In this document: in pieces, positions 32,801 through 43,780 of the stretch
Numbering within the stretch: position 1 is the stretch's first letter
How the letters are laid out: each line of letters begins with the position of its first letter
Notes under the pieces: model-generated
The model's database searches: none
Seen by the model: the letters and a program-made list of their open reading frames with translations, nothing else
What the model was told of the DNA's origin: nothing
NCBI RefSeq assembly: GCF_964188315.1
Contig: NC_135661.1
Location: 9,858,001-9,922,000, forward strand
From: Podarcis muralis
Lineage: Eukaryota
Direction: 5' to 3'
DNA: 64,000 bases
Position numbers and translations under genes: made by a program

Positions 32801-35800
32801 CGATGCAGCCCCAGGCACTGCCTGCCATATCCAGAGGTGAATTCCCCTGGCGAAACCACAGTTTCCATCAATTGATCTGTTCCAGGTGCCACATCATCAG
32901 CCAGTTCAATCGGGGCTTCTGTGATTACATCATCGCCACCGACGAACAGGACCTGGGAGAGAAAGAGGGACCGGCGAGAGGGAAGAGGAAGAGGAAGGGC
33001 AACAAAGCAGCAAAGTAGGTTTGGCTTAAGAGCCACAAAGACGTTCTGTTTGACAACGGATGGTGTGAAATAGGAGATTTGGGGGTAGGTGCCATCGGTG
33101 TGCAGCTGACCCTCAGGTCTACTTCTCCATAATCAAGAAATGCCATGCGGGCCCTGGACTAGGGCCCGGAATAAATGGTAGGGTAGATCATAGAGTCGTA
33201 GAGTTGGAAGGGATCTCAAGGATCTTGTAGTTTAACCCCCTGCAGTGCAGGAATCCTGCCTGCACCAGCCCCTGGCTGGGCTTGAACCGTCAACCTTCTG
33301 GTTAAGAGGCAGATGCACTGCGCCACAAGGAAATAAGCTGAATTTGAATCATGGCGGGTGACTGGTTCCATCTGTGGTGGCAGAGGTGGCCTAATTATGT
33401 TCCAGCCGGCCTACCCTTCAGCCAATCCGTTTTGGGTGGCATAGAATTCACTCCTCACCCCAGACCACTTTTTTCTATCCAGTGAGTGATCCAATGACTT
33501 CTACCCAGCTGGCCTGTCAAAAGTGAATTTTACAAACCTCCTAGGTAAAGGTAAAGGTACCCCTGCCCGTATGGGCCAGTCTTGACAGACTCTGGGGTTG
33601 TGCGCCCATCTCACTCAAGAGGCCGGGGGCCAGCGCTGTCCGCAGACACTTCCGGGTCACGTGGCCAGCGTGACGAAGCTGCTCTGGCGAGCACACGGAA
33701 CACTGTTTACCTTCCCGCTGGTAAGCGGTCCCTATTTATCTACTTGCACCCGGAGGTGCTTTCAAACTGCTAGGTTGGCAGGCGCTGGGACCGAGCAGCG
33801 GGAGCGCACCCCGCCGCGGGGATTCGAACCGCCGGCCTTTCGATCGGCAAGCCCTAGGCGCTGAGGCTTTTACCCACAGCGCCACCCGCGTCTCCTCCTA
33901 GCACAGCATAAATAGCAGCCTCATGCAACTTAAGCAGCTGGCAGCTGCCAGCCACCAACTGGAGACTTGTGCTCTTTCCCACATAACCCTGCCTTAGCAG
34001 TAAACTCTAATATCTTTGTGGAAGGAGAATAAAATCATGAAGGAATTAAATAAAATTGAAATGCACACGAGGAAAGGCCGAGCCAGGTTGTTTTCGCAAG
34101 AGAACCATGAGAGAAGTGCGGAATGGCATGTACGGAAGAGCAACTGCTATGACTGTTGAGGACAAAGGAAGGAGGGAAAGATAAGGAAGTTTTTATGCCT
34201 CGTGATTCAGTCGGCAGAGGCAAGTAGAAGGAAATGCGGCCTTTTCGCTTGCAACTTGTGCTTTTTCCATAGTTGGTGTGCCACCACCTCAACTACTTGC
34301 TGGCAGAGGTTGTATTGAACCCTTGCAACGCCTAAATAAACGTCCTGTTTGACTGACAATTGGAGTTTGGATTTTATTGGCCGTTTGAGCTGAACCCACA
34401 GAGTATTCGGTATTGAAACACAACACCTCCCTAACACCTTGCGTATAAAACAACCCCCCTCTGAGTAAATGCAACTTTAAAGGTGATTTCTCCCAAGAAG
34501 CTGGTGTTCATTTTGCATGGTAACTTGAGTTCATAATGTATGCTTTTAAGTGTATTTATTAACTTTGGTTACGGAATTTGTTTTTAAATGCTTTTGTTGA
34601 CAATTTAATGCATTTTTAATGCTCTCTGATAAGCAGCTTAGAGGTTTTAGTTGCAGTTAAGTGGTATATGGGATGCAGGTGGCGCTGTAGGTTAAACCAC
34701 AGCCTCTTGGGCTTGCCGATCAGAAGGTCGGCAGTTCGAATCCCCGCGACAGGGTGAGCTCCCGTTGCTCGGTCCCTGCTCCTGCCAACCTAGCAGTTCG
34801 AAAGCACATCAAAGTGCAAGTAGATAAATAGGTACCACTCCGGTAGGAAGGTAAACGGCGGTTCTGTGCGCTGCTCTGGTTCGCCAGAAGCGGCTTAGTC
34901 ATGCTGGCCACATGACCCGGAAGCTGGACGTTGGCTCCTTCAGCAAATAAAGCGAGATGAGCGCCGCAACCCCAGAGTCGGTCACGACTGGACCTAATGG
35001 TCAGGGGTCCCTTTACCTTTACTAAGTGGTATATAAGCGGGTTAAGTAGGACTGCAGGATGCATCCAAGTGGCTTGGTTAGCAGAGGCCCAGAAAGGCCC
35101 AGATGTTTCTGAGGGGCCTCTTCCTTGTCCTGCTCCCTAGGAGAGGGAGAGAGTCGCCCCTTGCCCTCAGTGCTCTCTTCTGCTGCTTCCCTTGCAGGGG
35201 CAAAGACCAGGAATACGGAGTATCGCGTGGGATCGACTTCCAGAACGTCTCTGCTGTCCTGAACTTTGACTTCCCTCCCTCAGTGGAGTCCTACATTCAC
35301 CGAGCAGGCAGGTGAGCAGCAGGTGGCCTTGCATTTACAGAACCGCGAATTCCACATTCCCGGGATGAGGCATCCTTGGTTTTCTAAGAACAGGGACTTA
35401 TCAAAGGTCACCTGATGCCTCTGTGTCATCTGGGACTTCGGTTTTTTTGTAAGCTGCCTGGCACAGAACCCAGCCTTCTCTGAATTTCCTCTTGAGTCGG
35501 TTATCAAAGACCTATTTCTCTGATTAGCTGGTCATTTTCATAAAGCTGTTTCAGGGGGAAGGGGCCCAGAGTGTTTGTGTCCTTCCTCCCTTTTCACGGA
35601 GCGTGCCTTCCCTTCGCACAGTCCTGGTGCCTCTCCTGAGCCCCTTCTTGCCTCTTCCCTGCCCTTCCCTGACCACTTGTCGTCTTCCTCCCTTGCAGGA
35701 CTGCCCGTGCAGACAACCCGGGCACTGCCCTGACCTTCGTGCTGCCCTCTGAGAAGGCTGTGCTGGCTGAGATCGAGGCAGCTCTCACAGGAGGAGGTGG

Positions 35801-38648
35801 GTGTTCTCACGAGGCAGGGAGGTGCTGCCCTCAGGAGGTCTTCCAAGCGGGCAGAGGGAACACCTCCCCCCGGGGGCGCAGGGACGGTGAGGTCAGCACG
35901 GGGCACTGGCTTGGCTCTGGGCGCAGAATTGCCCAATTCGAGAGTTGCCCCGTGCAGTGGCTGCTTGCCTTTCTGTCTCTCTAACCGGTCCCGATCCTCC
36001 CCCACCAGGCAGCGACGACACTCCCTTGCGGCCCTACCTGTTCCGGATGGAGGAGATTGAGGGCGTCCGGTACCGTTGTCGGGTGAGTGGGCACAGCCTG
36101 GCTGCTCTGGGAGGCTGCTGCGGCCGCACCACCTCCTCTTGCCCTCTGCCTGCACGGGGACAAGGGGGGCAGGGCAGTGGAGGCAGCTGTTACAGGTGAT
36201 GCTTCAGAGCCATCCTTGGCAGGGCAGACTGCAGGTTGGGGGCGAGGTCGACATGGGTCCAGTGCTTTTCCAGCTGCACTGGCTCCCGGTGGAGTACAGA
36301 GACAGATTTAAGGTGCTGGCTTTGACCTTTAAAGCCCTTCACGGCCTAGGACCCTCATACCTACGGGACCGCCTCTCCTGGTATGGCCCACAGAGGACCT
36401 TAAGGTCCATAAACAGCAACACCCTAGAGGTCCCGGGCCCTAAGGAAGTTAAATTAGCCCCAACCACAGCCAGGGCCTTTTCAACACTGGCTCCGGCCTG
36501 GTGGAACACTCTGTCTCATGAGACCAGGGCCCTGCAGGATCTGATCTCTTTCCGCAGGGCCTGTAAAACAGTTGTTCTGCCTGGCCTTTGGCTTAGAATT
36601 AATTTGATTCCCACCCCCTCTTTCTTTTTTCCTGTCTCCTGTGAAGAGGCTGCAGTTTAATGTTTTAATGTTGTATTTTAATCTTGTTTTATAAGTTGTA
36701 TTTTAATCAACTTGTTTTTCTTATTGGTGGTTAGCCGCCCTGAGCCCGGTCTTGGCTGGGGAGGGTGGGGTATAAATAAATTTTGTTGAGGACAAGCCCG
36801 CTTCAGGGAGCCCCCTGATATCCCCTTCCCTGAGTGGTTTTGCCAGGCGCTAGAGAGGGGAAATCTCAGAGGCGGCAGGAACGTTTGGCAAGGAATTGTA
36901 AAGCACAGGATCCAGTTCTCTGGATGCCACGGCGTGATTCGGAGGGGTTGCCTCCTCCCGCTATTTCTTGTTTTCTCCCGACTCAGCTGCTGCTTTTGGT
37001 AATCACGGGGACGGAGTAAGTCCTGTGCCCCCCTCCCCATTACTTTTAAACCACCATCCCACCTCAGTTGGGTCCTTTGCTCTTTGCTCTCAGGACGCCA
37101 TGCGGTCCGTCACCAAGCAGGCCATCAAGGAAGCTCGCCTCCGGGAGATCAAGGAGGAACTGCTCAACTCTGAGAAGCTGAAGGTATTCGCCTGCGCAGC
37201 ACCTGGGCGTGGGGAGGGCAGGGGGACCCGAGAGAGTGGGAGGGGGCCGTCAGGGAGGGCCGGCTGCTGGGGAGCTGTTGCTGACCTCCATCTCTCTCCT
37301 CCCAGACGTACTTTGAGGACAATCCTCGGGACCTGGACCTCCTGCGCCACGACAAGCCTCTTCACCCAGCCATTGTCAAGCCCCACTTGCGGAACGTACC
37401 AGCGTACCTGGGTAAGGGGGGGGCGGCATTTGTGACCTCAGCAGGGGGGCTCAATGCTGCGTCTGAGGGGATAGCGAACAGCAGCAGGCCCTGTAAATGA
37501 GCTCTGGGGCGGGACTTGGGCTTCCCTCCTCCGAGGGGGAAAGAGAGGGAGCCCTGCTTTTCCTGCAGAGTCCTTACCTTGGAGTCCACACGCCACTGTC
37601 CATGCAAATCTCCAAGGCAAACTCTTGCTTCTCAGCTGTGGTGCGGAAGAAAAAGTGCAGCAAAGGGGGCCGGGTATCGGGGGGGGGGGGAGAGCTAGTG
37701 CAAAAGCATTGCAGGCCTCTCGAGAATGGGCCGCAAGAGGGGGCTCTTCCGCCTCCTGTTTGGGCCAGTAACCACCAGCGGCTGCTCCTCTTCTCTCCCC
37801 AGTGCCTCCCACCCTCCGGGCTGTGGCGCAGCCCCTGGGCAGCAAGCGCAGACGACGGAAGCCGCTGCCACCCAAAACCAGGGTATGTCTTGCTCCTCTG
37901 CTGCTGACCCCAAATTGGAGGGGGAGCGGGGACTGGCTTGCCTGTCTTCACACCCTGGCACGCGCCCAGGGAAGGTTTCTTGGCAAAACTTTACGGAACC
38001 GGGCACAGCTCCCTGTTTCCCAGCCTCTGCTTGGGAAAGTTTGTGGAGCTGTTGTCAATCATGCGCTGGGTCCTGTAAAGAAGGCTTGACAATTGGGGGG
38101 GGGCTGGGGGGGGGGCTTGACAGCTGGGGGACCTTCTGTGCTCCTCCAGAGGCCCTATTTCACCCCCTCCTCTGTGTTTGTTCCTTCACCCCCGGGTACA
38201 AGAGCAAAAATCTCACCTCTGCTGTTTCCCGGGTTCTCCACTCTTGGCTACATAGGCTGTAGGTTGAGTTTGGGACCTGCCATGTGGGGCCCTGGGCAGT
38301 TCTTCTGCCCCTTTCTGTGGTGCTTCTGGGGGGGAGTCCAAGTGCTGAGGACAAATGGTGTGGCCCGTGTGCGGGTGGGGTTTGCAGACCCAATCCCCAA
38401 GCGAACAGCTCAGGAACCTTTGCCAGAGGCCCTTTGGCTCTGTGATTGTGGCACCAGGGCGAGGGACCCAGCAGCCCAGTGGTCAGGCAACCCCCCTCCC
38501 CCTGTGAGATCCACTTCTACACTGTCTCTCCCTCCCCCAATAGGGCCAGCGGAACCCTCTGCGGAGCTTCAGATGCACGAAGCAGAGGTCGGGAGCCAAG
38601 CATCGGTCAGCCAAGCACCGGACGGCCGCTGGAACGCCTGGATCCTGA
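26469..38648 (+). CDS. DDX56: DEAD-box helicase 56 (Dbp9 orthologue), 14 exons, 560 aa
   Basis: Exons 26469-26525, 26617-26778, 27718-27878, 29027-29197, 30358-30448, 32389-32633, 32886-33014, 35198-35311, 35699-35796, 36009-36082, 37094-37183, 37306-37411, 37803-37882, 38544-38648; all GT-AG and in phase. Motifs [35 protein letters not shown], and C-terminal NPLRSF. AATAAA at 38726. Confidence 0.95.
26815..27560 (-). mobile_element. L2 3' fragment containing a palindromic hAT MITE (26977-27369), itself containing a Squam3-like SINE (27072-27323)
   Basis: L2 sequence resumes after the MITE; MITE TSD TGTTAGAT/TGTTGGAT; the MITE halves rejoin when the SINE is removed. Confidence 0.8.
29419..29770 (+). 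mobile_element. Sauria SINE (A)
   Basis: Full-length match to the copy at 7127. Confidence 0.85.
29845..30097. mobile_element. Tc1/mariner-type MITE, second family
   Basis: TA|CAGTCATAAC...GGTACCACTG|TA; internal hairpin AGATGCGAACGGG...CCCGTTCGCATCT. Confidence 0.75.
31040..31560 (+). mobile_element. L1/Tx1-like 3' end
   Basis: Encodes LMDYIEW...[14 protein letters not shown], similar to the other L1-like C-termini, followed by AT-rich 3' sequence. Confidence 0.45.
31575..31860 (-). mobile_element. Rex1/Babar-like LINE 3' fragment
   Basis: Encodes [35 protein letters not shown]. Confidence 0.7.
31935..32290 (-). mobile_element. L1/Tx1-like RT fragment
   Basis: Minus strand encodes [19 protein letters not shown] (RT motif). 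Confidence 0.65.
33544..33892 (-). mobile_element. Sauria SINE (subfamily B here)
   Basis: Diagnostic head GTAAAAGCCTCAGCGCCTAGG and 3' AAGACTGGCCC. Confidence 0.85.
34017..34436 (+). mobile_element. Possible solo LTR
   Basis: Starts TG and ends CA, about 420 bp, internal AATAAA; flanks TCTT/CCTT (4 bp, one mismatch). Confidence 0.4.
34670..35022 (+). mobile_element. Sauria SINE (A)
   Basis: Full-length match to the copy at 7127. Confidence 0.85.
36195..36780 (+). mobile_element. L2 3' fragment (different subfamily)
   Basis: Encodes [30 protein letters not shown]. Confidence 0.75.
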
Positions 38649-39999
38649 CCGCCGCTTATAGCTGAACTGTGTCAGGGAGGAGGCTGGCTCTGGGCCCCTG
38701 TTTTGGGGCCGGGATATTTGATGTAAATAAAGGACAGCTGTTTGTGCTCGGCCGCCGTCTTGTCAGGTTCGGAGGCCTTCCTCAGAAGAACATTAAAGGG
38801 CTTGACCTCCCGTGGCCATTGCAGTGCCTTAAGGCCGGGAGCAACTTCTCCTGCATTCTCAAGTCTTTGTGGGGTTTTTGTTTGTCTTTGAGCTGCCTCC
38901 TCTGTCCTGGCTACACTGCCTGGGGAGTAGCTCTGGGCCCCTTGTGCCTGCCTCTCTGGGCCAAGTGGTGGGTGGCTGCAGGGTCCCCCTTCCCATTGGC
39001 TTCCTCGTGTGGGTGAAGGTGCTTTGTCTTGGAAGCCGGGTTCCTCCCGTGGAGATTCCTGGCAGCAGCTGCTGCCTGGGAGAAGTCCTGAAACTCTGTA
39101 AACGTCCCCTGCCAAATGCCCCGTCTGCAATTCCTTCTCACCTGGTTTCTGTAAACCGAGTGGTTCTCCTGTATCACACTCCTTTGCCCTCGCCAGCTGG
39201 GCCCCACCCCAGCCCTTTGCTCCCCGGGTCTGAGGGGAAGGCAGAGCAAGGCTCTTCCAGGGTGATAGCATGTCTGCTCACAGCACGGGCCCCCGCCTCC
39301 CTGGTGCGTCCTGTGGCCCTTGTTCTGCTTGTGGCTACCTGTTCCAGCAGCTGCCAATAATGGCAACTAGTGGACTATTGCCCAGGCTCCCTTGGCCTTA
39401 TCAGGCGTCAAGGCCAGGCCAGGCTTGTAAACCTTGAGGAGGAAGGAAGATAAGCGGCTCAAGGTGGAGGCAGCAGACGGAGCCTGTGGACCCTCCTGGG
39501 CGAGGCCTCTTGGACCGTAAGCAACAAACACGCAGCTCCCTGTCCTGTTCCTCAACCCCCCACCCCCGGCTTTCCTTGCCTTCAACTGCACTGCTTCCTC
39601 CTCGGATGTTTCCCCAAGAAGCTTACGTGGCTTTGCACTTGCAAGGGTCAAAGCCAGGCGTGCTGTGACTTGGCAATTCGAGTGGCTTTGCTTTAAGTGG
39701 GTTGCCTGGTTGAGCGGGCTACCAGGCCTGCTCTTTTCACAGGGAGGGAGGGAGGGAGACGGGCACCTTCCTTGCTGCCACGTGGCAAAATGAATGAGCC
39801 CCATCTGGGGGTGTTCTCCCATCTGGGCTGCAACAGCAGTTTGGTTCCAAAGAGGTTCCAGGCCTGCCTTCTTCACCTGAGAATATCACAAACACCCCAC
39901 AAACCGTGAAGGGTTGTATTGGTTTTTACAGTGTATTGGGGGGCAGGGGGCGCCGATCCCAGAAGGGGGAAATAGCACCTTCTGCATTTGCTTTAAATA

Positions 40000-40916
40000 C
40001 AGTGGTACTTCTGGATACAAACGGGACTCACAGCTGTCCATGGAGGCACAGGTCAATTCTGTGTCCAGGGCACCTGTTTTCCAGCTCCATTTGGTACGCA
40101 GGCTGAGACCCTACCTGCCCGCGGACTGTTTCGCCAGAGTGGTGCATGCTCTGGTTATCTCCCGCTTGGACTACTGCAATGCGCGCTACATGGAGCTACC
40201 TTTGAAGGTGACCCAGAAACAGAACAAATCCAGAATGCAGCAGCTAGACTGGTGACTGGGAGAGGCTGCCGAGAACATATAACACCTATCTTGAAAGACC
40301 TACATTGGCTCCCAGTACGTTTCTGAGCACAATTCAAAGTGTTGGTGCTGACCTTTAAAGCCCTAAACGGCCTTGGTCCTGTATACCTGAAGGAACGTTT
40401 CCACCTCCATTGTTCTGCCCGGACACTGAGGTCCAGCGCCGAGGGCCTTCTGGCGGTTCCCTCCCTGCGAGAAGCCAAGTTACAGGTAACCAGGCAGAGG
40501 GCCTTCTTGGTAGTGGCGCCCACCCTGTGGAACGCCCTCCCACCAGATGTCAAAGAGAAAAATAACTACCAAACTTTTAGAAGACATCTAAAGGCAGCCC
40601 TGTTTAGGGAAGCTTTTAGTGTTTATTAGGTTATTGTATTTTAGTGTTTTGTTGGAGTGGCTGGGGGGACCCAGCCAGATGGGCGGGGTATAAATAATAA
40701 ATTATTTTTATTATCTGTTCCGGAGCCCTGTTCGTATCCTGAAGCGAACGCAACCCACGTCTGCGTGGGTTGTGATTCGCCGCTTCCGCACATGAGCGTG
40801 ACATCATTTTGACCGACTGCGTGAGCTGCGAAACCCGGAAGTAACGCGTTCCGTTGCTTCTGGGTCGCCGCGGAGCGCAACCCGAAAGCACTCAACCTCA
40901 ACCCGAGGTATGACTG
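40000..40916. mobile_element. Second-family mariner MITE split by an L2 insertion (about 40026-40715, +)
   Basis: 40000-40025 and 40718-40916 join to give the reverse complement of 29845-30097; the insert encodes LVISRLDYCN...HWLPV...[11 protein letters not shown]. Confidence 0.75.
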
Positions 40917-41115
40917 TAGTGAAATGCTTGAGGCAGGGGATCCTGGAAGGGAGAATTGAGCAGATGCTGGGGGCTGGGGCAGAGTCCGCCAGGTGCTCCA
41001 TCTTACCTGAAGAGGACCATCAGTCTTTGGAGGGGCCATGGTGGGGAGTTCTGGGCAGCCAGGATGCGGTGGGGTGTGTTAGGCAGCTTATAGCTTGCCT
41101 GTTTCAATGCCAGTA

Positions 41116-41328
41116 CAGTGGTACCTACGCTTCAGGTTACAGACTCCGCTAACCCAGAAATAGTACCCCGGTTTAGAACTTTGCTTCAGGATGAGAACAG
41201 AAATCGTGCTCTGGCAGCGCAGCAGCAGGAGGCCCCATTAGCTAAAGTGGTGCTTCAGGTTAAGAACAGTTTCAGGTTAAGTTCGGACCTCCGGTTACGA
41301 ATTAAGTGCTTAACCTGAGGTACCACTG
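41116..41328. mobile_element. Tc1/mariner-type MITE (first family)
   Basis: TA-flanked CAGTGGTACC TIRs. Confidence 0.85.
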
Positions 41329-41329
41329 T

Positions 41330-41670
41330 ATACCAAATCTGGTGCAACTGCATTTGGGATACTGTGTGCAGTTCTGGTCGCCACGCTTTAATAAGGATAT
41401 TGTGGAGCTGGAAGACGATCCAAAATGGCCAACCCAAATGATCAAAGGGATGGAGCGACTCGCCTACAAGGAAAGGTTGCAGCATTTCGGACATCTTAGT
41501 TTAGCGAAAAGGTAAAGAGGCAGCATAATGTACATTTGTAAAATAATGCACAGCATGGATAAAATGGAGAGAGAAGTTTATCACCTCTCACAATGCTAGG
41601 ACTTGTGGTCGTCCAGTGCAACTGAAAGTTGGAAGATTCGGGATGGATAAAAGGAAGTCCTTGATGCCCT
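41330..41670 (+). mobile_element. Degenerate CR1 fragment
   Basis: Encodes HLGYCVQFWSPRFNKDIVELE. Confidence 0.7.
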
Positions 41671-41937
41671 GCACAGTTGTTGTTTTTTAAAGATATATAT
41701 GTTTTAATTAAGATTTGCCATCACATGGTTTAAGAGGTCACATTTGTTTTTAAACAGTTGCCTGTGCAGACTTTGACAATGCCTTTAGGTCCAAGATGCA
41801 CTTAGCAATCCCCCCCCCCCCCTTTGTTGGGCTGTAATACTCTGCCTAATGTTCTGCTCAACCCAGATGATCATGTGATTTTGTTCCATATTCCACCTGA
41901 GATGCTGTATTGCCACATAATAATCCAGCCGCTTCTT

Positions 41938-42243
41938 AGAATCATAGAATCATAGAATTGGAATAGACCACAAGGGCCATCGAGTCCAACCCCCTGCCAA
42001 GCAGGAAACACCATCAGAGCACTCCTGACATATGGTTGTCAAGCCTCTGCTTAAAGACCTCCAAAGAAGGAGACTCCACCACACTCCTTGGCAGAAAATC
42101 CCACTGTCGAACAGCTCTTGCTGTCAGGAAATTCTTCCTAATGTTTAGGTGGAATCTTCTTTCTTGTAGTTTGGATCCATTGCTCCGTGTCCGCTTCTCT
42201 GGAGCAGCAGAAAACAACCTTTCTCCCTCCTCTATGTGACATC
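41938..42243 (-). mobile_element. CR1 3' fragment inside the ATP5PB retrocopy
   Basis: Encodes RTRSNGSKLQERRFHLNIRKNFLT; (ATTCTATG)n tail; 6-bp TSD CTTCTT. Confidence 0.85.
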
Positions 42244-42314
42244 CTTCTTCACTTCTATGTATACAGTAAACAGCCTCTCTCTGTAGTTTGTCTCAAGCAT
42301 TATAGCAAAGAGAT

Positions 42315-42672
42315 GGTAAAGGTAAAGGGGACCCCTGACCATTAGGTCCAGTCGTGGCCGACTCTGGGGTTGCGGCGCTCATCTCGCTCTATGGGCCGAG
42401 GGAGCCGGTGTTTGTCCACAGACAGTTTTTCCGGGTCATGTGGCCAGCATGACTAAGTTGCTTCTGGCGAACCAGAGCAGCGCACGGAAACGCCGTTTAC
42501 CTTCCCGCCGGAGTGGCACCTATTTATCTACTTGCACTTTGACGTGCTTTCAAACTGCTAGGTTGGCAGGAGCTGGGACCGAGCAACGGGAGCTCACCCC
42601 GTCGTGGGGATTCGAACCGCCGACCTTCTGATCGGCAAGTCCTAGGCTCTGTGGTTTAACCCACAGCGCCAC
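42315..42672 (-). mobile_element. Sauria SINE (A) inside the ATP5PB retrocopy
   Basis: Reverse complement of the 7127 copy; breaks the ATP5PB frame after WRVEG. Confidence 0.85.
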
Positions 42673-43199
42673 GACCCTCAACTCTCCACTGCTCTTTCTT
42701 CTCTTCAATAGCTGTAGTGTGGTCAGCTATCATCGCATTTCCCCCAGATGTTGCTTGTGCTATAGTATCCTCATTGAACTTGTCAGCAAAAGCTGCTACA
42801 TCTGCACTGTACTTCTTAATTATGTAGATGAGAATTCCCGCCATAACACCTCCAACTATTGTTTCATGGTTAACTATGTAAAGTTCCTTAGAGACCATAT
42901 AGAGTAGAAGCCCAGTCCCATATATATAGGGGCCTGCAACTCCTGTTTTAGGGTATAAGAATTGGAAAAATTCTTCAGGGAATATTCCATGGCAAAATTT
43001 TCTTTCTGACTCTGGAAGAGGTGGCACAGGAGCGAAGCGTTGCTGACTTGTGTGAAGTGGTCTTAATATTTGCACTGCCCCCCCGGGGAGAGCGGGCACC
43101 AAGCTCTTCAGGCCACCAGCGCACACGGCCAAATGAGACAACATCGCTGGTGCTGCCACTGCCGCCACCCTCTCCGTCCCTGTGACCCTCCTGGCAAAG

Positions 43200-43525
43200 A
43201 GAATTCAAGATGGCAGCCTCCATGGAGGAGGTCTGGCCAACACCCTGCACAGCTGAAGTGGGGAACTTGCTCCTACAGGAGGCAATGATGGCCACCAACT
43301 TGGATGGCTTTAAAAGAAGGTTGGACAAATTCATGGAGGAGGAGAGGGCCATCCATGGCTGCCGGCCATGATGACTATGCTTCCACAGCTGGAGGCAGCC
43401 ATACCTCTGGATCCCAGTTGCTGGAAGCCACAGGATGGGAGGGTTCTGGTGTGCCAATCTGGCCACTGTGAGGACAGGATGCTGGACTAGATGGGCCATG
43501 GGCCTGATCCAGCAGGATTTTCTTA
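43200..43525 (+). mobile_element. CR1 3' fragment
   Basis: Encodes MATNLDGFKRRLDKFMEE. Confidence 0.7.
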
Positions 43526-43780
43526 CGTTCTTGTGACTGAAGAGCGTACAAGAGGTAGGTCTCCCCGAAGCAAGTCAGAAGAACCTCAGCTCCACTTTCA
43601 GGTTAATGATAGCAGGGGTTTTACAGCCTTGGCGCAGCCTGATTGGCTCCACAGCTGTCAGACCAGGTCTGCTAATAACTGGGCGTCGGGTGGACTCGGG
43701 ACAGGCACCTTGGCACAGCAAGTCCTGGGCACTCCCTCCTTTCTGAAGCTTCTGTCTGGGACTGAGGACAAGCTGCCAGG

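Larger units (their letters stand above)
41750..43144 (-). pseudogene. ATP5PB: Processed pseudogene of ATP synthase peripheral stalk subunit b (ATP5PB/ATP5F1)
   Basis: Intronless: MLSH...PVPPLPE...PEEFFQFLYPKTGVAGPY (43144-42673); MLETNYRERLFTVYIEVKK (about 42312-42244); KRLDYYV...IAKCILDLKALSKSAQATV* (41937-41750). Interrupted by a Sauria SINE and a CR1 fragment; ATTAAA and an A-rich remnant downstream. Confidence 0.9.

Noticed and set aside
42656-43168. ATP5PB as a functional gene
   Set aside because: Intronless, split by two TEs, with an internal deletion and an apparent frameshift.
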